Part shown: one piece after another, positions 54,412 through 64,000 of the stretch
Position numbering within the stretch: the first letter of the stretch is position 1
Layout: every line of letters begins with the position of its first letter
Assembly (NCBI GenBank): GCA_973895155.1
Contig: OZ316891.1
Coordinates: 30,573,112 to 30,637,111, forward strand
Length of the DNA stretch: 64,000 nt
Direction: 5' to 3'
Source of the DNA: Marsupella aquatica
Taxonomy: Eukaryota; Plantae; Marchantiophyta
The notes under the pieces: model-generated
What the model was told of the DNA's origin: nothing
What the model saw: only the letters and a program-made list of their open reading frames with translations
Databases searched by the model: none
Program-made: the position numbers and the translations under genes

Positions 54412-56785
54412 TGTTGAAGGCTCTAAATATCATCCACTGGCGACGTTGCACAACTTCAATCCGGCCATACATCCCTGGAATTCCTCCGCCACTGCTCACT
54501 CAGCCCTCGTGTCACCCCGTACTACATCGCTCCTGTCGATCATCTTCAATAATTGCTGACTCACAATAGGGCACTGAATCGAATAACTGAAAGCAACGGG
54601 AGGAAAGGCTCCAAGACCCTCACGTCCTCCATTCGACTGCAAAATAGTGCATCCATTACTCGTCAATCTACATCGGCAAATTAACCGTCAAAACTCAACA
54701 TGCACAAGCTGACGAAAGCGAGCTAACAGATGATGGGTGGATCGTCTTCAAAATACTGCAATCTGGACTCGTTCTGAGACTTAGGATTAGGTCAGAACCT
54801 AAACCTAGGAAAGGAGGTTGGTTTCGGTGTCGTGATTGAGAGCAAGTTTTGGTATCGAAAGAATTGGCAGAGATTCATCGAAGGGAAGTCTACTCCAAGT
54901 ACCGGCTAAATAGTTCGCACTTCCTACGTGGTTGGCATGCAGGCTAGTTAGTCTTCAATGCTAGTCTTGTTACCGTTACCTTGAGGTTCATAGTTTAGTG
55001 GCTCCCGTAGTCTGAGCTGATCATCTAGTTTTTATCGTTTCGTCAGGTTTCATCGCCAGGAGCTGAGCGGGTGGTAAGGATGCCAGATGATTTTACAAAT
55101 GTTCAAAGAGCTGCCGATGTACTTCCAATACCTAGAAGGTGAAACAGACGTCGACGGTGTATTTTATTTGGATTCAGTGGACATGGATGCCGGTCTTTCT
55201 GCCTGAAAATTGCAAATGTCAAACTCAACGGAGAAGTTAAAGCAGGGGAAGACCGCTGAACAGCAGCAGGCACAAAAAGTGGAGCAACCGTTCCATTCGC
55301 GGCTCTGAAGCAAGTCCGAATGTGTGAAGTTTTCTGTCTATTTTGAAAGAGTTTTCAATTGGCGATAGGCAATTGGTTTCGGAAGAGACTAGCGATTCAT
55401 CGCAAAGTCAGCAAGTTTCTGGGTCATGAGAACAATCTATGTCAAGATAGAGAAATATCCATATTTCACGACTTAGAGGCTTTGAGCAAAGCAACGCTTA
55501 GTCCAGTGGCCTTACGGCTAATGTTGGCAACCGAGCAATTCAATAAATTCGGCGGCTTATCATCAGAGAGTACTTACATGGCCGCGATGTACTATCATTG
55601 ATGCATACCCTCAGAAACATATCGAGGACCACCTCTACATCTAAGGACGAATTTCTATGCTCGTCCATGCGCTGTCAATAAAATTAGCTCCTGCGCAATA
55701 GCAGAGGACTTCGAACTTTAGACATATCCACCTACAGGTCTTCAAGAAGTACAAAATGTCCAATTCGATGCCAACCAGACCAAGAATTCAATGTCTTAGT
55801 CCTCCTTTCATGTAAATCAATCAGCTCGAATTCGAGTTTTCTAGAAAGGATTTGAAGGATCTACGGAAGTGCTCCGCTATTGTTAAGAACGGATCAAGGT
55901 GGCGCGGTGGGACAGGAATTGGACCAGCCGATAACCATCAAAACCTAGACATACCTAGGTGACGCCGAAAATGCAGAAATCCATGAGCCTGACAACACCC
56001 GAAATGTGACAACACGAAGGAGCATAGACATTCTCTTACAATATTTCTCACCATGCCGAGCCCTCCAAATAAGAAAGTCCGGATCATTCTTTCCATCAAT
56101 CCGTCGAATCCATCGATCCGTCCAAAGCAGTGCGGACGTGCGGTGGTCTACAACGACAAAACAATACGGAATTGCAGCAGCAGGTCACAGAGCCGCAGAG
56201 CCGCAGAGGACTCCTTTCCACCACTCACCCTGACCACTCCACGCACTCTCGCCACAACGTGTTGAGCAGGTCAATAGACTCATTTATGGGTGCCTCGAAG
56301 CTCGAGCTTCTTGGCATGTCAGACACGGAAGAAGTACGAAGGGCACATAGGAAAGCATGATGGGTGCTGCACGGCCGAACTACTCTACTGGATTAGACGA
56401 ACCCATAGCTCGATCGAATGCTAGTTTTAGACACAGTACTTTCTACACAATCCTGATTATCATGATTATCAAGATTAGTATCATCCACGAGACCCATCAG
56501 TGTCTAATGCTAGTTTTACACACAGTACTTTCTACATCTACACAATCATACTTATCAAGATTATTATCATCCACGAGACCCATCAAAGTATAGGATTAGA
56601 CGAACCCATAGCTCGATCGAATGCTAGTTTAGGCACAGTACTTTCTACGCAATCCGGATTATCAAGATTTAGTGTCATCCACCAGACCCATCAAAGTGTC
56701 AAATGCTACAGTAGTTTAGACAGTACTTAGACAGGCACAGTACATCTACACAATCATACTTATCAAGATTAGTATCATACACACG

Positions 56786-56934
56786 CAAGAAAAGACTTAA
56801 CAGGACCTGTGTGACAAAAAGACATAATAGACCCCATTGCTTACCTATTTTGCTCGGATCTTGATGGCATTTTACTCACAAGGGTCTGGTTAAGTCCAAG
56901 AGATGCCATAGGGGTCCTGTTAAATCTTTGTTTG
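56786..56934. mobile_element. 149-bp MITE, Mutator-like
   Basis: 22-bp TIRs matching at 19/22 (CAAGAAAAGACTTAACAGGACC / CAAACAAAGATTTAACAGGACC). Flanked by tcatacacacg and tcatacactag, a diverged duplication of the host motif tcatacacgag. Confidence 0.6.
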
Positions 56935-56950
56935 TCATACACTAGACCCA

Positions 56951-57234
56951 TCTTACTATTATTAAAGTGTCAATTGAAGCTGTAGGGCCTAGGTCTAAAG
57001 TGAACCTTTAGACCATAACTCTCAATACAGACAAAATTGACAATGAGATTTAATAAGATCAAAATTTTAAATAAATATGGACAAAAGTGACATTAACTTT
57101 AATAAATACAAAACTGAAATGACTATGGAAAAAGACAAGGATGGGCAAAGATTAACCAAAATAACATATAAATTTTATCATACAATATTTTTCTTCATAT
57201 CCACTTACATTTAGGGAACGGGTCATGAGGCTAG
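56951..57234 (+). mobile_element. Non-autonomous Helitron, 284 bp
   Basis: 5' TCTTACTATTATTAAAG, 3' GGGAACGGGTCATGAGGCTAG, inserted between host A and T with no TSD. Removing it restores gaccca|tcaaagtataag, identical to the unit at 57441. The subterminal hairpin is degenerate. Confidence 0.85.
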
Positions 57235-57477
57235 TCAAAGTATAAGAAAACTGGAATGGATTAGACAAATCCATAGCTCGATCGAATGCTAATTTTAGAC
57301 ACAGTACTTTCTACACAATCATGATTATCAAGATGAGTATCATACACGAGACTCATCAAAGTGTCTAATACTTGTTTTAGACCAGTACTTTCTACATCTA
57401 TCAACACAATCATACTTATCAAGATTAGTATCATCCACGAGACCCATCAAAGTATAAGATAACTGGAATGGACAAAT

Positions 57478-57731
57478 CCCGGTTTAACCTGACGGGCACT
57501 TTGACACCTTGTCGGGCACGTCAAATCGTCAAATGACGGCCCAAAAATGACCAATTTGACGGATATTCAAAAAGATTCTCCCGAACTCACCCGAACCCGA
57601 ACCCCCCCGGAGCGCCCCTGAACCGCCCCCGAACCCGAACCCACCCCTCCCGGACTACTCTCGAGCCCGGGTGCCAGGTTGCCCATTTGCCGGCCATTTT
57701 TGCCCAATTTGACGGGCAAGGTCAAACCAGG
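57478..57731. mobile_element. 254-bp hAT-like MITE
   Basis: 13-bp TIRs matching at 11/13 (CCCGGTTTAACCT / CCTGGTTTGACCT). Perfect 8-bp TSD GGACAAAT at 57470-57477 and 57732-57739. Internal TGACGG and CCCGAA subterminal motifs. Confidence 0.85.
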
Positions 57732-57931
57732 GGACAAATGCAGATCGCAATCGAATGTACAGAGTACTTTCTACGAAATCATAAGTATCAAGATTAGTAT
57801 CATCCACTAAACCCATCAAAGTACATGATAACTGGAATGGACAAATCCAGAGCGCGATCCAATGTTGACACAGTACTTTATACATAATCATAATGATCAG
57901 GAGTAGTATCATCCACGAGACCCATTAGTCG

Positions 57932-60900
57932 TGATGAGGTTCCTAGCTTGATAAGATTCCTAGCTTGTAACCCTGTGTTTATAAGTTGTCTAAAAGCCAC
58001 CTGTGCAAAGCTGGGAAACTTTTCCAAGCATTTTGGAAGTTCTGGCCATGACCCTGCCCATACCTCTCTCGTTTATAATTAGTATCTAATTAATGTCCTG
58101 GGAGAGGTTACTGATCATGAGTTTCCAGGCAAGAGGTGATGAATTAGTAAGTATTTCTATAAATGGTTATACACCAAAACCTGTATTCCCGCATAAATGA
58201 TTTAATCACAATAAGCGCCATAGAGAGAGAGCACATCAATTTAGGCCTGTCATTCACAGACTGGGAGCTTCATCATCAGGAGCTGACCTTCAGCCTTAGT
58301 GAACATCAACTTTGGAAGGTTATCTGGTTTTAAGGAATTTTTTGAAGCTCTATATGGTGAATCTATCTTTCAGATTTTGTCTTATTCAGATTTTCTGTGT
58401 CATGTATTTTTATTTCAATATGCCTTATCAAGGGGAAGCCTTTGTATCATATACATTTTTAATTAATTTTCAGACCCCTTTAATTTTAGGTATTCTAGAG
58501 TATTTTGAATTTATTTTGGCAGCCCCCTCATAAGTTTTAAAGTTTGTGATCTCTTAGAGATGAAACCAACACGACTCCACCACTTGAGTATAGCATGCTC
58601 ATCCTGGAACAAAGAATTTGCATGAGTGAGAGAAATGATTTCGAACAACATGAACACATACTCTGTTAAGTTCCCCTCATGTCTTTTCTTCCTAAGTTTA
58701 TGGTTTTTATTGAAATGAGTGTCATACATAAGGCACATTGAATTAAGTGCACAAATTGTAGCAACTTTGTGTGACAAAACTTGAATGTACCTTTCATTGG
58801 TCACTGTGCTTTTCTTGGCAGGCACTTTACTTACATTATTTTCTAGTTATGCTCTCATATTTTATTTACTTTCAGATCACTACAACGCAAAAAACCAAGC
58901 ATGTTCCAGGATGAGCATGCTATATGTTAGGGAGATAGGTCAGGTTTTGGAAACTTTTTCTGCTCAGAGCTAAGTTTACTAATTAATTAATGAAATTACT
59001 AATCTGCCACTTCAACTAAAAATGAACTAATATGCTATAGGTTTACACCTGGTAACACCTGGGCAAATGTAAATGCATCAATGGACCATATCAAACCACA
59101 GAGCCCCCTACCGCCACTTACCGTCAGCCAAAAAATTCTGCAAGGTCAACTACATCAGTCTCCTTTGGCCTAAACCCTGAACTCCAAATTTAGGATGTAC
59201 CTTACTGCAGCATAGTCAAGCTGTTAGTGAGTCTGGCTGACTCACCCACTCATCAACCTTGCTATCAGGAGCAAGGTTGGATTTGACATAAATGGCTAGT
59301 TTCCCTGAGGAGAGTGGGGGTGGCTAAGGTTTGAGAAATTCTGGGGGCTGGACCTAGCCATTGGTGGGGAGTTCTGTGGTTTGATATGGTGCATTCATGT
59401 GTTTTACATTTGGTCTTGGTGTCTACATGTGCAATTATGTCATATTAGCCATTATTTTAGTTTTGGTGGCAGATTAGTATTTCCACTAGCTTCCATGGCA
59501 ATTCAATAAATCCCAGCCAACCTTATCTTCAGCCTTCTAGAACACCAATGAGATTATTCCTTCTGAAAAAGCCCTCAGTCTATCCGTATGAAGTTCACAT
59601 TACCTTTTGTACAATGTAACTTAATGATTAACTTTGGTCTAAGTTCTTCTCTACTCTAGAGGGTGACTAGGTGCAAAGCTTAGATGTCTTTTGGTATGTT
59701 GAGATGCCACTTGGTTAGAGCATTATGCTATAGGAGCTGCCCCACCCTCAAAATCTTCCGTGATCACTGGACATAATTTGTGCTGTCAAAGGTATAGATT
59801 GTTGCCCCCTACAAAGCAGCTTTCTCACCATGGCTAGATGGAAGCTATCCTTGTGTTTATCTATATTTCTATGCATTTGTGTGAATTTACTAGATCATAA
59901 GTTGTGCATATTTTAGTCACTTGTATTTGATGTGTTAGGCAGTTAGGTTGTTGTCATTTTCTTTGCTAGTTTGGTTCTACTACCGCTGAGTCTTGTTAGT
60001 TTGTCTTCATAGTTTTCATTACTCGTAACATTAGTGTACCTGTATCAACTGTCTATAACATTGGACTCATAGAATTTTGATCAAATTGACCAACTTGGTA
60101 AACAAGCTGAGGCATAGAGAGAAATGAGAGGCTTAGAGAGACACCATAGGAGGTCCTTGGCCATCGAGAAAGGCTCAGAGGGTTGAGGATGACTGGATAT
60201 CAAAGCGCCATGGCCTGGCAAAGTGCTTGTATTGCAACAGACTACTCAACCAAAGATGGGGCCATTATGGGAAAATGCTAGAAGCAATTGCTGCAATGTT
60301 GATGTCCGACACACCCTAGTGAACAATTGATCAGGAGAATGGGCCCAAGTTGTTCATCAAACCCCTCATGCAAGTTTATAGTTGGACCAATCCCCGGACC
60401 AATCAACCATTGAACTGGCACCTTTGGCAGCCACTCTTTCACTCATTGTTGGTGTTCGAATTGATCCCAATTGTGACACAATGAGGAAGCCACTATCATA
60501 AGGTAACTTACTAGCAATGGGATCAATCTCACTGACTGATCAGCATGACAAATGAAACTGAGCCTTTGCGCACTGGTTATAGCTCTAGTGTGTGTTATGG
60601 ACTTGAATTAGGCTCTTGGAAGATAATGGGTCATCACCTACCCCATGGCAATGGGCTTACAATGGTAAACTATCAAGCCCCATTTTTGGGGGTGATGGGC
60701 AAAATCTTGACACCCCTTGCCTATTTTTAAAGTAGACAATCCAGGGAGGGAAAGCTAAAGGGAAAGGAGGCCAAAGGCGTGATTGCATAGCACTTCTACT
60801 TTTGCAGGAGAGCTTTGTTTTGTGTCCAGGTTCTAATTGTAGAATATGTCTCTCCCAGAAAACCTTGAAGCCCTTGATAAACAACTGTATTGTGCCATAA

Positions 60901-61000
60901 GGTTTGGGGATAGATACCGGACAAAGCCTTTGCATAAGAGAGAATTTTAAATTTTTTGCAGAAGAAATTTGTAGTAATCTGTTTCTAGAGCCCTTGCTAA
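57932..61000 (+). mobile_element. Probable degenerate LTR retrotransposon remnant
   Basis: Starts TGATGAG where the satellite ends. ...ATAACA at 60060 is followed by PBS-like TGGACTCATAG. Stop-ridden gag-like pieces follow (DQIDQLGKQ; KCLYCN at 60221). No second LTR was recognised and the right boundary is a guess. Confidence 0.35.
58991..59485. mobile_element. ~495-bp foldback (palindromic) element
   Basis: The outer ~115 bp align as inverted repeats (tactaatctgccac...caaatgtaaa...accatatcaaaccacaga). A central palindrome gtgagtc-tggct-gactcac sits at 59227-59245, the midpoint. Confidence 0.8.
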
Positions 61001-61681
61001 TTTTCTCCTGCTGAGATGTCCATCAAAGCCTCACTTAATTTATGTTCATCATCCTATTTATAAACGGCAAACACTACAGTAATTCAACCTGTATGTTCTC
61101 GTGATACAATATCATGTGATGGACCAAGTGTGCTCCATTGGTTTGTGAGATTTATCCCTTGTGGGATCCTTGTATGACATTGCCCTATCCGGGTATGTCA
61201 AAATTGGAGTGTGGATTGAACTTTAATTGTGATCTTACGCACGTCCTTTCAAGACAAAAGAATATTAAGGGCAAGCAGATCGAATGAGCCCAAGCGAAGG
61301 GAAGCAACCTTTTTATTTATAAATCTAGGAAGCATCTAAGGTGTATACTCCTTCCAGCCCTGAGAGGAATATTCTTCAATGAACTGATTTTAAAAAATAA
61401 TTCCTCGGTACATCAGTCTGTTGGAAGAATTCAAAGTAAGAATTTGGCACAATTAATTTTGAAACAAGTTGTGCCAAATTCTTATTTCGAGTGCCAATTG
61501 GAATGACCCTCAGGATTCATTCTGGAGAGCACCCGTGGATGTTGAAGACTGCACCAGTAATAATTTGTGAAAAGGATGTGAGCCTACTATTTTCAGGGTC
61601 TCTAAATCAGCTGGCAAATATTAGGTTGAGCTACCAAAGCTGCAAAACCCTGGTGCTCTAAAGGGAGGGCAGGTGATCTAC

Positions 61682-62740
61682 TTTCCAAACTAGAATTCAG
61701 GACAGGGCTTATTAAAGACTCAAGGGAAGGCTCTCCTATTTATACACACACAAGCTCAGGGAGGGGAGGTGGTACAGACTCAAGTTGACAGGGCTTAAAA
61801 ATTGAAGGGAAGGCTCTCTCCTTAGTCTAGTTTACAAACTAAAATTCAAGATAGGGCTTGAAGCCTGAAGGGAAGGCTATCTCCTTAGTCTAATTTATAA
61901 ACTAAAATTCAGGACACGGCTTAAAGCCTGAAGGGAAGGCTCTCGCCTTACTCTAATTACAAACTAAGATTCAAGACGAGGTTCAAAGCCTGAAAGGAAG
62001 GCTCTATCCTTAGTCTATTTTACAATCTAAGATTCAGGAGAGGATTTAAAGACTGCAAGGAAGGCTCCCTCCTTAGTCTAATTCCAAACTAAAATTCAGG
62101 AAAGCGCTTAAAGGCTCATGGGAAGGCTTGCTCCTAAACATAAACGCACAAGTTTAGGGAGGGGAGGGGAAGGTGCAAAGGCCAAGCTATGATCAAACAT
62201 GCTATCCAGGGCTGGGGCTAGTTGACGGTGGAGTCTCTCCTTAGTCTAATTTACAAAAAAATTCAGGATTGGACTTAAAGACTGCAGGGAACGCTCTGTA
62301 TTTCACAAGCCCCAATATTACATGTTAGCACACTGAACATTAATGTATTAAAATACCCCCCCCCCCCCCCCCCCACTTTGATGGAAGTGTAGCTTACCTA
62401 CTCTTCTAAAATATCCCCAAAACCAAAATCATTTGAGTGTCTGACTATCAAATTGTTACACAAGTAAACTCCAATTTTTGGGAATGTGGTCCATGGGGGT
62501 TTCAAAAGACCAACCTTGGGGGTTTCAGAGACCAACCTTGTGGTCCACAGGGACTTGAAATTCCTCTATCCTTCGACTAATTTCCAAAACTGAAATTCAG
62601 GAAAGGGCCTAAATAAAGGCAATGGAAGGCTTGCTCCTAGTTATTAGAAGCGCACAAGCTGAGGGAGTGGAGAGGAAGGTGCAAAGGCCCAGCCATGATG
62701 CGACATGCCATCCAGGGCTTTGGGCTACTTGACGGTGGAG
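61682..62740. repeat. ~62-bp minisatellite with a higher-order ~170-bp duplicated module
   Basis: gggaaggctctctccttagtctaatttacaaactaaaattcagga.agggcttaaagcctgaa occurs ~7 times. 62065-62235 recurs at 62563-62740. Confidence 0.9.
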
Positions 62741-62759
62741 TGGGCTCGGCGCATTTCCG

Positions 62760-63097
62760 CAGTCACCCATCCCTCCCTCCCCACACCACACCCCTTTCCT
62801 TTCCTTTCCTTTCCTTTCCTTCGTTCGTTTGTTCACTGATCATCAACATTCATACGGAGTATATTCTCTCTGCCTTTGCCCTTCTCCCGGTCTCGTCTCG
62901 TCTCGTCTCGTCTCGTCTCGGCTGCCTTTCTGTCCACCTCCGTCCGCTTCCGTCTCGTGTTGTCCTCCTCCCCTCGATCCTCCGGCTCGCCTTTCCATCG
63001 CCTCGCTCTCTCTTTCTCGCTCGCTCTCTCGCTCTCTCGCTCTTTCTCTCTGTTTCCCTCTGGCATCCGCTATCGATATCGCTCGCTTTTCCTCCGG

Positions 63098-63129
<32 letters not shown>

Positions 63130-64000
63130 CGAGACAGCCAGCCATGAGCATATCTGTCTGCTACTCGGCCTCGGCCTCGGCCTCGCGATTGTCCTCCTTT
63201 TGTTCGCCAATTACGCATTGTGGTGGCTTTTGGTCGCTTCTTTGATGGGAGTGGCTTGCTAATCCGGTGCCGTGCGCAAGCACTACCGACCTGTCGGTCG
63301 GTCTGTCTGTCTGTCTGTCTGCTCGGGCCGCAGTTCAGACCTGCAATCCGGCGACCTGGCTCGTTCGCTCGTCGGGCGTGACTGCTTTGCTTGCGTATGT
63401 GCTCGATTGCTTGTTTGGTTGAGCAGTTGTCAGGAGTCATTGCCATAGAGGGATGCTCGCTCGCCTCTGCTGCTGGGGAATTGGTCGGTCTGATTCTTCG
63501 GAAGTGTTCACTTTCGGGAGCGCTGGTGGTGTTGCGGGGACGTAGAGGCGTACAGAGATAGAGAGGTAGAGGGATTGCAGTTGGCGATGCGATTGCTATC
63601 TTGAATGGAATCGATTGCTTTGGCGTGGTTCGGTTCGGTTCATCGGGGTCGGTGATGGTTCATGAAGGAGGTATTGAGAGGTGAGAGGAGGTTTGCGGGC
63701 TAAGTTGTGGTTAGGGGGGGGCGCAAGGGGGATAGATTGCGATAGATTTGCCAGGAGGGAGGGAGGGAGAGGGTGTAATTGAAGTCGTTAGGCAAGGATT
63801 TGGAGTTGATTGGCTGTTAAGAGTGAGATTTTGTTCCGTTCAGGTCTATTCTGGAATGGTAGAGGTATTGTTGTCTTGTCCTTAAGATAATTGGCGGAGA
63901 GGATGACAGCCAAACCTTGTGCTCGTCGTTGAGTAAGGTTGGTGCGGAGTAACTGCGGTAGAGCTGCGGTAGAAACCCTTCAGGCGTTAGGAAATTGGAG
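62760..64000 (+). promoter_or_regulatory. Probable long microsatellite-rich 5' leader of a plus-strand gene whose CDS lies beyond the window
   Basis: Pyrimidine patches (TTTCC)n, (TCTCG)n and (CT)n, plus (GGCA)n and (GTCT)n, as in plant 5' UTRs. No recognisable CDS. Confidence 0.5.

Larger units (their letters stand above)
56388..57925. repeat. Degenerate ~100-bp satellite (about 8 units) interrupted by three insertions
   Basis: Recurrent cacagtactttctacacaatcat.attatcaagattagtatcatccacgagacccatcaaagt, with alternating linkers (gtctaatgctagttt / ataggattagacgaacccatagctcgatcgaatg). Confidence 0.92.

Noticed and set aside
62695-63446. Several long overlapping ORFs
   Set aside because: Microsatellite-derived reading frames (RE/SL/RQAG repeats).

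Overview
Intron-rich land-plant nuclear DNA; gene content and style suggest a bryophyte/liverwort, which is inference only. Six spliced genes are recognisable: VPS53/HIT1 (+, 4810-14291), cytosolic fructose-1,6-bisphosphatase (+, 18643-22545), short-form tRNase Z (-, 24249-27431), an OTS/ULP-type SUMO protease (-, 31956-38289), chloroplast NDH subunit NdhL (-, 43635-45691) and an MRS2-4/MGT6-clade Mg2+ transporter (-, 51853-54411). An intact 447-aa orphan ORF (47408-48751) lies in a TE-like block behind a very G-rich tract. Intergenic DNA holds many non-autonomous transposons and short tandem duplications. Most notable: (1) two in-frame 3n cassette exons in a VPS53 intron, both diverged copies of the 3' half of the upstream exon; (2) the MRS2 signature GMN is SMN; (3) a ~100-bp satellite carries three insertions of different transposon types, with the empty sites visible in sibling units; (4) a 51-bp minisatellite is built from sequence abutting a retrotransposon RT catalytic motif; (5) a TRZ1-type core carries an organelle-type presequence and a second in-frame Met. 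All calls come from reading the sequence and recalling family motifs; no database searches were run.
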